A program made the translations under genes and the position numbers. This document shows, in pieces, positions 41,820 to 50,990 of a DNA stretch of 64,000 nucleotides. The stretch's first letter is position 1, and each line of letters opens with the position of its first letter. The notes under the pieces were generated by a model, which was not told where the DNA came from, did no database searches, and was given only the letters and a program-made list of their open reading frames with translations. Origin of the DNA: Cyclobacteriaceae bacterium (GTDB lineage Bacteria > Bacteroidota > Bacteroidia > Cytophagales > Cyclobacteriaceae); the NCBI GenBank assembly GCA_965267535.1, contig OZ254082.1:4409904-4473903 (forward strand), in the 5' to 3' direction.

Positions 41820-42689
41820 CTAATTTATGAGTGTCATGCTCAGCACTCCTCCTACCATCAACCACTTGCAATACTGGCTTAGTAGGTAGAAGTGTCGCTT
41901 GGTATCAGCCCTGACCAATTTGTAAATCAAAAAAACCGATGGCACTAACAGCACCAGAAAGTAACTGGTAATTGTCACACTATCCATCAGTGTGGCGAAA
42001 TAAAACAGACTTATGGTAAAACCCAAAATCAAAACGTAAAGCACCCATTTTGTCTTCCGAATACCCAAAACAATGGGCAAGGATTTACATCCAAATGCTT
42101 CATCGCCTTTCATATCTTCTATGTCTTTGATTATCTCCCGAATAAGGGTGATGCCAAAGGCAAAAAAGGCGTAAATAAAAATATAAAACTCTGCGGATCG
42201 GTAGTACACAGCCAACACCAGCAATGACAACCCGGTAAGAAAAGCAACGGCCATATTGCCAAGCAATGGTAGTCGCTTGAGTTGATTGCTGTAAAACCAC
42301 AATAGAAAAGCTGCAAACAAATTGATAAGCCCTATCCACAAAGACACCCAGGCACCTAATGCTATCCCTACAGCATTGAATATCAGGTGCCATGCCAGCA
42401 CCGGCCTTCTACTCAGCTTATTGCCCACTATCACCTTGTCGGGCTTGTTGATCATGTCTATTTTGATATCGTAGTAGTCGTTGATATAATATCCCGCTGC
42501 GGCTATAATGATCGTACTGACAGACAACATAAACAGAGAAGGATCGGTGAGCACCTCTCCCGCCCGATCTCTAAATCCGGTCAGGAATACTGCCGCACAA
42601 TATTGAGTCAGGAGAATAATCAGCAGGTTTGGTGTGCGCGACAACCTGAGTACCTGCCACAAGGACGATATAGACAAAACCTTGGTCAT
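41820..42689 (-). CDS. UbiA-family prenyltransferase (DGGGP synthase-like)
   Basis: GYYINDYYDIKIDMINKP, REIIKDIEDMKGD, multiple TMs. Confidence 0.88.
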   Translation of the reverse strand: MTKVLSISSLWQVLRLSRTPNLLIILLTQYCAAVFLTGFRDRAGEVLTDPSLFMLSVSTIIIAAAGYYINDYYDIKIDMINKPDKVIVGNKLSRRPVLAWHLIFNAVGIALGAWVSLWIGLINLFAAFLLWFYSNQLKRLPLLGNMAVAFLTGLSLLVLAVYYRSAEFYIFIYAFFAFGITLIREIIKDIEDMKGDEAFGCKSLPIVLGIRKTKWVLYVLILGFTISLFYFATLMDSVTITSYFLVLLVPSVFLIYKLVRADTKRHFYLLSQYCKWLMVGGVLSMTLIN

Positions 42690-42855
42690 GCGGTCAAAGA
42701 TACGATACCCGGCGCACTATCAGCACAAGGGTAAATAAAAGCAATATGATTTCCGGAATACCCGGCTTGTGTAGGAGGGAGGAAAAGCCAATCCGGCTAA
42801 CAAAAGAGCAGGCGGCTAATAGGTAGTCCGCATGCTGGTGCGGACAGGGTGGCGG

Positions 42856-43581
42856 TTACTTCTTTTTCCAGTTTTTTCTTAGGTCAGATATTTTGAGCAC
42901 AGGCGAATCAAATGCCATGGTGTCTGTACCAATCTCTACGGCATTGGCTTTCCAATTGTCGTGCAGCTTAGAAGGCACAATCTTTTTCAATTCCACGCCG
43001 GACTTTACCAGCACATAGGCTATCAGCTGTATATCTTCATTACTCACATCATCTCCATAGTAGAGGGCATTAGACGGATGGTCTGCAAAACTTTCGTCGG
43101 GCAGACGCTCGTGAATATAAAAACCATACTTACGCAGACCGTAGATTTTATCATCATCTTTGGCTTTGGTATAGTATCGCACCACCATGTCCTGTCTGGA
43201 CTCTGGTGGTGTTAATTTTGCCATTACTTTTTCTTTATAATTTTTCATCAAGCCGGCGAAGTACTCTTCATCGGACTGATCGGCTACCGGTGTAACTGTT
43301 TTCTGTGCCGACGATTTCTTTGGCGGATCGTCCACTATTTTTTCTTCCGCTTTTACCGGTTGCTTTTTCTTTTCTTGCTGGGGTTTTGTGGTACTGGGGT
43401 TGGCTTCAGAGTGACTTTCGGTCTTTAGGTGGGCGTTGTTCTTTCTGTCTTTGTATCGCTTTTCGGGTGGGCGGTTGTTGTGATCTATACAGGTATTGAG
43501 CACAGCTCCAAAAGCAATAATCAAAATGACAAATAGCACATTGGCTAAAGACAACCATTCGGGATTTTTTGACTCTGACAT
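42856..43581 (-). CDS. Hypothetical membrane-anchored protein
   Basis: N-terminal TM, K/P-rich linker, globular C-terminal domain. Confidence 0.75.
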   Translation of the reverse strand: MSESKNPEWLSLANVLFVILIIAFGAVLNTCIDHNNRPPEKRYKDRKNNAHLKTESHSEANPSTTKPQQEKKKQPVKAEEKIVDDPPKKSSAQKTVTPVADQSDEEYFAGLMKNYKEKVMAKLTPPESRQDMVVRYYTKAKDDDKIYGLRKYGFYIHERLPDESFADHPSNALYYGDDVSNEDIQLIAYVLVKSGVELKKIVPSKLHDNWKANAVEIGTDTMAFDSPVLKISDLRKNWKKK

Positions 43582-43759
43582 TTCTTAGTTTTTTTTAATA
43601 TTTAAATCTAGCAATTTGAATTATAGGAACAAAACGAAACAATTTATAGCGGAAATAATAACCGTTTTACCGTAGTTTTTATACAAAAAATCATTAATTT
43701 GATAGGTGATACCATCATAAAACAATATGTGATTTTTAACCCTTCTAAAAAAGACCGAT

Positions 43760-44341
43760 ATGAAAAGTACCATTACCCTTATTTTGTGTTGTTTAATTTC
43801 AGTTGGCATGCAGGGACAGGAAATGAGTAAAATGACGGATCCGAGAGATGGGAAGATATACAATACAGTGGATTTAAAAATTACCCTCGAAGGAGGTATT
43901 TATGTTCACCGCGTGTGGATGGCCGACAACCTGAGTTACGCTTCCGAAAACTCGGTTTGTTACAAAAACGAACCCGCTTACTGCGATGCTTTTGGACGCC
44001 TCTACAACTGGGCCGATGCGCAGAAAGTTTGCCCTGAGGGCTGGCACCTGGCCACCGCCAAAGAGTGGAAAGAGGTTATAGGCACCTTTGGAGGCATCTA
44101 CAAAGCCGGAAAGGCACTTAAAAAAGACGGTGCTAGCAACCTCAACATGCTCATGGGTGGTTTTGGCGATGCTGCCGACGTATTTAGCGACGTAGGCAAA
44201 AGCGCCAACTACTGGCAACTCGGCGAGGAAAAAAAACATACTGCTCCTATGATCTCTATCCATGGATCTCATGACGAACTCTCTGAAGTACAAATTAGAA
44301 AATCTAACTACAATAGCTGCAGGTGTGTAGAAAATTACTGA
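43760..44341 (+). CDS. FISUMP (Fibrobacter succinogenes major paralogous) domain protein
   Basis: DPRDGKIY, WMADNLSY, GRLYNW, CPEGWHL, SCRC. Confidence 0.9.
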   Translation: MKSTITLILCCLISVGMQGQEMSKMTDPRDGKIYNTVDLKITLEGGIYVHRVWMADNLSYASENSVCYKNEPAYCDAFGRLYNWADAQKVCPEGWHLATAKEWKEVIGTFGGIYKAGKALKKDGASNLNMLMGGFGDAADVFSDVGKSANYWQLGEEKKHTAPMISIHGSHDELSEVQIRKSNYNSCRCVENY

Positions 44342-44399
44342 TGATATACATCCGGCGTTGAACTCAGGCTTTGAAGTGTACTTCAAAGCCTGTTTTTTT

Positions 44400-45245
44400 T
44401 TACTCCTCCGGATATTGATAGCCGTACTTTTCGGTAATCTCTTTCTTTTTCATTTCCAGCACTTCCATTGTCAGGGGAATCTCTTCCAAAGGCTTATCTC
44501 TGGCTCCTGTTTGCTGCTCAGCTATTTTGTCTACTATATCCAGCCCCTCTACCACACGACCAAAAACTGTATAGTCTCCGTCCAGATGAGGCGCTCCACC
44601 TTTTGTAGTGTATACATTGACCTGCTCCGGACTCAAGGCTTTTTTTCTGATCTTTACATTGAGCTCCTTTTCAGCCATATCCACACACTCCAAAAACAAC
44701 TTCTGCATACCTTCCTGATCACCATTGCGCTGCATTTCGAGCAGTTTGTCTCTCAAATCTGCATGACTCTCGTATTGCACGAGTTGGTTCACCGCTTTAT
44801 TTAGTGCCCTGTGATCTATAGAAAACTGCTCCAGCTGCTCCTGACTAAACGTCTTGCCATGAACAATATAAAACTGACACCAACTCGACTTTTTCTCAGG
44901 GTTTACCTGATCGCCCTGTCGGGCAGCTGCCAAAGCTCCTTTTTCGTGAAAAAATTTAGTAACGATTTCCGCATCTATACGGTCACTACTGCGAGTATCC
45001 TCCTTGGCATCTATATCGCCTCCCTGTACCATAAATCCTTTGATGATCCTGTGAAATACTGTACTGTCGTATCTGCCTGAGCGGGCCAGCTTCAGAAAAT
45101 TCTCTTTATGCAAGGGTGTCTCATCGTACAATATGGCCTTCATATCTCCATAAGGAGTATGGATCACCACCACATAATCCTTATTCTTATTGCAGGAAAT
45201 AAGCAGTACGCTGCATAGCAGCATCACAAATATTTTTTTAGTCAT
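44400..45245 (-). CDS. Cyclophilin-type peptidyl-prolyl isomerase lipoprotein
   Basis: Lipobox LISC; TPLHKENF, FHRIIKGFMVQGGD, QFYIVHG, PHLDGDYTVFG. Confidence 0.93.
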   Translation of the reverse strand: MTKKIFVMLLCSVLLISCNKNKDYVVVIHTPYGDMKAILYDETPLHKENFLKLARSGRYDSTVFHRIIKGFMVQGGDIDAKEDTRSSDRIDAEIVTKFFHEKGALAAARQGDQVNPEKKSSWCQFYIVHGKTFSQEQLEQFSIDHRALNKAVNQLVQYESHADLRDKLLEMQRNGDQEGMQKLFLECVDMAEKELNVKIRKKALSPEQVNVYTTKGGAPHLDGDYTVFGRVVEGLDIVDKIAEQQTGARDKPLEEIPLTMEVLEMKKKEITEKYGYQYPEE

Positions 45246-45346
45246 AGCTCGTATGGGTCGTTTGGTTTTTTGAGTGGTCAAAATTATAAAATCTACAAAC
45301 TTAGCGATGGTCTACTCTTCATTATTTAGAATCAATTGTGCAGCGT

Positions 45347-46276
45347 TCACTTCATGGATTGCTGTCGCCTGATCTCTGCCAAAATGGCTCCTCCTCCATT
45401 ATCGAGCACATACTTACCCAGCGCCTGCCCCGCTTCTTCAGGCGTGTCATACCCGCTGGTTGTAGTGTGTACTACCATTTCGCTTCCATCAAGGCTTATA
45501 ATACCTCCCCGCAGGTTTATTTTTCCCGATGATACTTCCGCATATCCAAAAATCGGCACGCTGCATCCTCCCTGCATCGTTTTCAGGTAAGCTCGCTCAG
45601 CCAACACAGCCTTTTCCGACACTTCATGATTGATACACTTGCGTACAAAGTGCTTTTTGCTGTCGTCGAGAGAAGCCTCTACCTCAATGGCTATGCTTCC
45701 CTGCCCCACGGCCGGCGTAAACCTATCCACATCCATGGTAGCAGCTATCATGTCATTGTAGCCCATTCTGTTCACTCCGGCGTATGCCAGAAACAACGCA
45801 TCGCACACCCCTTCCTCCATCTTTCGGATACGGGTTTGCAAATTGCCACGCACAGGAACTGTACTTATGTGCGGGTAATGTTTTTTCAAAAAGGCAATTC
45901 TTCGGGTAGAAGATGTTCCAATTACCAATTGAGGGTCGTCCAGATTTATACCTGCACCGGGGGCAATCAACACATCGTTTACAGGTTCTCGCTCTCCAAA
46001 AGCAATCAATTCAAACCCCTCGGGCAACTCAGACTGCATGTCTTTTGCACTATGCACAGCTATGTCAATAGCACCTGATGCCAGTTGTTCTTCGATTTCC
46101 TCGGTAAACACCCCTTTACTGCCTATTTTGGCTATGGTTACATCCAAAATCTTGTCCCCTTTGGTCTCTATGGGTATGATTTCAGTATCTGCTCCGGCTT
46201 GTTGCAGCCGCTGCTCCACATAATGCGCCTGCCACATGGCCAGCTTACTCCCTCTGGTTCCTATCTTTATCTTCAT
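45347..46276 (-). CDS. hemC: Hydroxymethylbilane synthase
   Basis: IGTRGSKLAMWQA, AVHSAKD, GTSSTRR, RGNLQTR, PAVGQG. Confidence 0.97.
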   Translation of the reverse strand: MKIKIGTRGSKLAMWQAHYVEQRLQQAGADTEIIPIETKGDKILDVTIAKIGSKGVFTEEIEEQLASGAIDIAVHSAKDMQSELPEGFELIAFGEREPVNDVLIAPGAGINLDDPQLVIGTSSTRRIAFLKKHYPHISTVPVRGNLQTRIRKMEEGVCDALFLAYAGVNRMGYNDMIAATMDVDRFTPAVGQGSIAIEVEASLDDSKKHFVRKCINHEVSEKAVLAERAYLKTMQGGCSVPIFGYAEVSSGKINLRGGIISLDGSEMVVHTTTSGYDTPEEAGQALGKYVLDNGGGAILAEIRRQQSMK

Positions 46277-46282
46277 ATCGTC

Positions 46283-47410
46283 TTATTTTGCCGTCATTGC
46301 TTTCCCTATCCGCAACGACATGTCCATGAAAAGAATTTTAGGACTGGCATTTCTTCCCAAATAATAATGTGCTTTATTCAGCTCTTCGGCTATTTTTTCC
46401 AGTGCCGGCAAGCTGAGTGCTTTGCCAAAATTCTGAGCAAAAGCACTTTCTTCCTCATTGAGTCGTAGTTGGTTTGTAGTACCCATCTGCGACATGAGTG
46501 CCTCACGCATCATGGTGAGTCCGTACATCAGCAGCATCATTTGTGCCGACTTATTCATGGCAGAAAAAGCATCGTTCATTGCTGTAAGAGCTGTATAGTT
46601 GTGTGTCCAGCACAAACGCATCCAATCTCTAAACATCTTGTGCGCATCGTCTTCCACCTCGTCTATGAGCGTATCCGCTTTGCTAAGGTTGCCTTCGGCC
46701 AGTGCAGCTATTTTATGTGCTTTTTCTTCGCTCAGCTGATATTTGCCTTGCAGGTGTTGAATGATTTCTTCTTCATTAAATGCCCTGATTTTAAACAACT
46801 GGCACCTGGATAAAATAGTGGTAAGCAACTTTTCGTAATCGTTGGTCACCAATAAAAATATCGTTCTTTCTGAAGGTTCTTCCAATACTTTCAGGATGCC
46901 ATTAGCCGCATTCACGTGCATATACTCCGGCAACCATATCAGCATGATTTTATATTTGGCTTCAAAAGCCTTCAAAGAAAGGTTTTTGATAATATTACGG
47001 CTTTCTTCTTTTGATATATTGGCTTGTTTATTTTCTGCCCCGTAAGATGCCGACCATTGTTCTATTCCCTGATAGGGATTATTTAAAGCAAACGTCCTCC
47101 ACTCGGAAAGATAGCTGGAGCTTACCACGTTTTTACCGGTCACTTTTTTAGTTGAACTTACCGGAAAAACAAATTGTACATCGGGGTGCACCAGCTTGTC
47201 TATTTTTATACAGGAAGAACACTCGCCACAGGAGTCATTGTCTGTGGGATTTGCGCAGTTGATGTATGTAGCAAAAGCCAGCGCCATTGCCAGATTAGCA
47301 CTGCCTTCCGGACCAAAGAACAACTGTGCGTGTGCCACATGGTTATCCTTTACAGCAGCTATCAGTTTTTGCTTGCTTTCTTCGTGCCCTATGATATCCG
47401 AAAACCTCAT
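46283..47410 (-). CDS. holB: DNA polymerase III subunit delta-prime
   Basis: HAQLF.GPEG, CGECSSC zinc motif, HPD, ANGILKVLEEP, TILSRCQ. Confidence 0.9.
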   Translation of the reverse strand: MRFSDIIGHEESKQKLIAAVKDNHVAHAQLFFGPEGSANLAMALAFATYINCANPTDNDSCGECSSCIKIDKLVHPDVQFVFPVSSTKKVTGKNVVSSSYLSEWRTFALNNPYQGIEQWSASYGAENKQANISKEESRNIIKNLSLKAFEAKYKIMLIWLPEYMHVNAANGILKVLEEPSERTIFLLVTNDYEKLLTTILSRCQLFKIRAFNEEEIIQHLQGKYQLSEEKAHKIAALAEGNLSKADTLIDEVEDDAHKMFRDWMRLCWTHNYTALTAMNDAFSAMNKSAQMMLLMYGLTMMREALMSQMGTTNQLRLNEEESAFAQNFGKALSLPALEKIAEELNKAHYYLGRNASPKILFMDMSLRIGKAMTAK

Positions 47411-48612
47411 GTCTTTGTTTTGTTTTCCCAGCTACGGTATGGTTTCGACCGTCTGTATACTTCTTCAAAAATTGTATCATCCTGCGTCGACCATTCTTTT
47501 GTTTTCCTTCTCATGGCGATAGCTGCAGTTTGTTTTGCTTTTTCCAGATCGTATGTAGTAAAGGCTTCTTTACCTCCCCAACTAAACGACGGAATCATTC
47601 CGGGAGGATACCCCGCTCCGTATACATTGGTGGCCATGCCTACACTGGTGCCTGTATTAAACATCGTATTGATACCACACCGCGAATGGTCGCCCATCAC
47701 CAGTCCACAAAACTGCAATCCAGTCTCACCAAAGGCATCATTTGAGTAATCCCACACTTTCACCTGAGTATAGTTGTTTTTCAGGTTCGAGGTATTGGTA
47801 TCGGCTCCCATATTGCACCATTCGCCGATCACGGAGTTGCCGAGGTATCCTTCGTGCCCTTTGTTGCTGTAGCCCATGATCACCGAATTGCCTATTTCTC
47901 CCCCTACTTTGCAATGTGGCCCAAAAGTTGAATCTCCTCTTACTTTGGCTCCCATGCTTACCTGCGCAAATTCTCCCATTGCAAAAGGCCCTCTGATGAT
48001 GGCTCCTTCCAGAACTTTAGCATATCTACCTATATAGATCGGGCCATTTTCCGCATTGAGTATGGCAGCCTTTACATCTGCTCCTTCTTCCAAAAATACC
48101 TGATCGGAGTTATAAACCCGTGTAAAAGGATCATTTAAGGGTGCTGACTTTCTTCCCTTCGTAATGAGGTCAAAGTCGGCTCGTATCTGATCTCCGTTTT
48201 TGATAAAAATATCCCACGGACGGTTAATCCGTGTAAGGTCTCCTTGAAAATGTATTTTTTTTCCTTTTGGTGCCACTTCACTTCCATAGGTTGGGGATTC
48301 AGTGCATCGGGCAGCCAAGAACACACCTTCCTGCACGAGTTTTTCACCCACGCTTAGACGCAAAACAGCCTCTACCAAGGCAGGGGAAGGACATAGTGAA
48401 GCGTTGATCACCAAACACTCTTCCTCCAGATTTTCAGATGGGAATCTTCCCAGATAAGGCTCTGTAATAAAAGACGCTTTTTCAGAAAGGTAATGCGCCC
48501 ACTTTTCATGAATTTGCAATATTCCTACCCTTATTTCTCCGATAGACCGAGTATAGGTAATTGGTAGTAGCTGAGACCTTGTTTCAGCTATATCGAGGAG
48601 AAAAATCTTCAT
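47407..48612 (-). CDS. GlmU-family putative sugar nucleotidyltransferase / hexapeptide-repeat protein
   Basis: LLPITYTRSIGEIRVGI, hexapeptide repeats, YSNKGHEGYLGNSVIGEWCN. Confidence 0.85.
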   Translation of the reverse strand: MKIFLLDIAETRSQLLPITYTRSIGEIRVGILQIHEKWAHYLSEKASFITEPYLGRFPSENLEEECLVINASLCPSPALVEAVLRLSVGEKLVQEGVFLAARCTESPTYGSEVAPKGKKIHFQGDLTRINRPWDIFIKNGDQIRADFDLITKGRKSAPLNDPFTRVYNSDQVFLEEGADVKAAILNAENGPIYIGRYAKVLEGAIIRGPFAMGEFAQVSMGAKVRGDSTFGPHCKVGGEIGNSVIMGYSNKGHEGYLGNSVIGEWCNMGADTNTSNLKNNYTQVKVWDYSNDAFGETGLQFCGLVMGDHSRCGINTMFNTGTSVGMATNVYGAGYPPGMIPSFSWGGKEAFTTYDLEKAKQTAAIAMRRKTKEWSTQDDTIFEEVYRRSKPYRSWENKTKT

Positions 48613-48629
48613 CGGGCAAAAATAAAAAA

Positions 48630-48657
48630 GTCTTCAAGAAATTGAATTCCTGAAGAC
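48630..48657 (-). terminator. Intrinsic terminator of rpmE2
   Basis: 11-bp stem gtcttcaagaa/ttcctgaagac followed on the minus strand by TTTTTTATTTTT. Confidence 0.75.
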
Positions 48658-48680
48658 CTTTATATCCGAAGGGATTTCTT

Positions 48681-48926
48681 TTATTTGTTTCTGTACCTTT
48701 TGTTGAATTTCTCAACTCTACCAGCAGTATCCACAAAGAGTTTCTTACCTGTATAAAAAGGATGCGAAGCAGAACTAACTTCCACTTTGATCACTGGGTA
48801 CTCGTTACCATCTTCCCACTTGATTGTCTCGCTAGAGCTCATAGTAGATTTGGTAATAAATTTGAAGTCGCTAGACGTGTCGTGAAAAACAACTTCTCTA
48901 TATTCCGGATGTATGTCTTTTTTCAT
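48681..48926 (-). CDS. rpmE2: 50S ribosomal protein L31 type B
   Basis: [10 protein letters not shown]...[10 protein letters not shown]...[10 protein letters not shown], 81 aa, no Cys; TACTTTTG box upstream. Confidence 0.96.
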   Translation of the reverse strand: MKKDIHPEYREVVFHDTSSDFKFITKSTMSSSETIKWEDGNEYPVIKVEVSSASHPFYTGKKLFVDTAGRVEKFNKRYRNK

Positions 48927-49120
48927 CTTGTGTGATGTTTTTGTCTGTGTCGATTTTCCTAAAAAGGAGTGCAAAAGTAGAAAGAATAGATTAAATCACA
49001 AACTATTCATCATAATTAACCCCAAAAGAAAAGAAATTTATTTCATTCCCACCAACAATTGCCCGAATCCTCTGTATAATTGACCTATCACTTACAATTG
49101 GTACGGTCTCCCGTTTGTCT

Positions 49121-50821
49121 ATGAAGCTATTCACCTACATCACTCTATTGCTTGTCTCCCTCTGCCCTTTGACTGTAGTGGCTCAAAGCGCCTATGCCCC
49201 ACTCAACAGCGACTATTACCACCTGATAGACCGATATCAGGTAATCGAAGGCAATCTTTCAAGAAATCCTATACACAGCACCTTCAAACCATACCAGCGC
49301 ATTCACATTGCTGCATTTACAGATTCACTTACTGCTTCTAGTCATCCTTTTGATCAGAGCAATATAGACTATCTCCAGACAGACAATTGGGAGTTTTTTG
49401 AAAACAAAAAAGCCAACAGCAGAAAACCATTTCTCAAGCATTTTTATAAAAAGAAACCTGATTTGGTATTTGTAGACTCCAAAGATTTTGATCTGCATGT
49501 AAAACCGGTTTTCTATTTCGGCGCAGGGCGAGATGCGCAAAGCGCTAGCAGCCCGTATGTAAACAGCAGAGGGGTAGAACTACGGGGAAAAATAGACCGG
49601 AAAATATCTTTTTACTCTTTTCTTACTGAAAATCAGGCTGTATTTCCTCGCTATGTTCAAAACTACGGAAGTCGATTTGGGGCTGTACCAAACGAAGGCT
49701 TCTGGAAACTCTTTGGCTCCAGCGGATATGATTTTTTCACTGCCCGAGGCTATATTCAGTTCAATGCCACCAAACACATTGGAGTCCAATTCGGTCACGA
49801 TAGAAATTTTATTGGCAATGGCTACCGCTCTATTTTACTATCCGATTACTCAGCTCCTTATCCTTTTATCAAACTGCAAACAAAAATATGGCGTCTTCAA
49901 TATACCAACCTCTACGCAGAACTGACCGCAGACGCCCCCTACTCTCCCACCGGGTCGTTAGGCACCAAGGAGTTTCCCAAGAAGTTTATGACTATGCATC
50001 ACCTGAGCGTGAATGTGTCGGACAAACTAAATCTGGGCATATTCGAGGCAGTAGTATTTCACAGGGGAGACAGCACCGGCACGGCTATAGAGTTCAACTA
50101 CCTGAATCCGGTAATTTTTTACAGCTCGATAGAACAACAAACAGGAAGCCCCGACAATGCCCTGCTCGGCCTGGATGCTACCTGGTATGCCAGACCCGGC
50201 CTGGCTTTTTACGGGCAATTTATTCTGGACGAACTCATAGTTAGCGAACTCAAATCCGACAGAGGGTGGTGGGGCAACAAATACGCCTATCAGATAGGAG
50301 CAAAATATTTCAACGCATTCCGCATCCATACACTAGACCTGCAAGCTGAATACAATTACGCTCGGCCGTTTACATACACCCATGAGTCTATATTTACCAA
50401 CTTCGCACACTACCGCCAGCCGTTGGCTCATCCGCTTGGCGCCAACTTCAAGGAACGTATATTTATAGCCCGCTACCAACCCCTTGAAAAACTTTTCCTT
50501 ACACTCAAAATCATTCAGGCCAGATACGGGAGCGATCCCGAAGGTGAAAATTTTGGAGGCAATGTACTCCTGTCATACAATACCCGAATGAACAACCAAC
50601 GCCCTGACACTGACTATGGCTACCAAACGGGTGACGGCCTGTCAAACCAACTCAATTTTATAGACATCACAGCGTCCTACAGGCTAAAGCACAACCTTTT
50701 TGTTGATCTAAAGCACATATACCGAAAAATGAGCAGCGAAGACCCTGCAGCAAATTTCAACACGCAGTTTTCATCGCTGGCCCTGCGACTTAATATTGCA
50801 GCCCGCGATTACAGCTTTTGA
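49121..50821 (+). CDS. Outer-membrane beta-barrel protein (capsule assembly Wzi / RemB-like)
   Basis: Signal peptide, alternating beta-strand pattern, GHDRNFIGNGYRSILLSD, C-terminal F. Confidence 0.65.
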   Translation: MKLFTYITLLLVSLCPLTVVAQSAYAPLNSDYYHLIDRYQVIEGNLSRNPIHSTFKPYQRIHIAAFTDSLTASSHPFDQSNIDYLQTDNWEFFENKKANSRKPFLKHFYKKKPDLVFVDSKDFDLHVKPVFYFGAGRDAQSASSPYVNSRGVELRGKIDRKISFYSFLTENQAVFPRYVQNYGSRFGAVPNEGFWKLFGSSGYDFFTARGYIQFNATKHIGVQFGHDRNFIGNGYRSILLSDYSAPYPFIKLQTKIWRLQYTNLYAELTADAPYSPTGSLGTKEFPKKFMTMHHLSVNVSDKLNLGIFEAVVFHRGDSTGTAIEFNYLNPVIFYSSIEQQTGSPDNALLGLDATWYARPGLAFYGQFILDELIVSELKSDRGWWGNKYAYQIGAKYFNAFRIHTLDLQAEYNYARPFTYTHESIFTNFAHYRQPLAHPLGANFKERIFIARYQPLEKLFLTLKIIQARYGSDPEGENFGGNVLLSYNTRMNNQRPDTDYGYQTGDGLSNQLNFIDITASYRLKHNLFVDLKHIYRKMSSEDPAANFNTQFSSLALRLNIAARDYSF

Positions 50822-50990
50822 TTGTTGGGTGTAGTTTCGTAAATTGCCTCCTGTGAAAAAATCATTTTTTTACCATTGCCGTATGCATAGTATGTGTTTT
50901 CACTCACTATAAATTCCGCACACAGGGAAAACATACCGGATTGTGTGGGCCGGCAAATGAACCCTCGCACTGAGGTTTAGTTAGACATTT

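Noticed and set aside
39477-42845. Two intergenic hairpins sharing the loop TGCTGG (39477-39495 and 42826-42845), near matches to E. coli Chi
   Set aside because: Only two short instances with different stems; chance is a sufficient explanation, and Chi sequences are taxon-specific.
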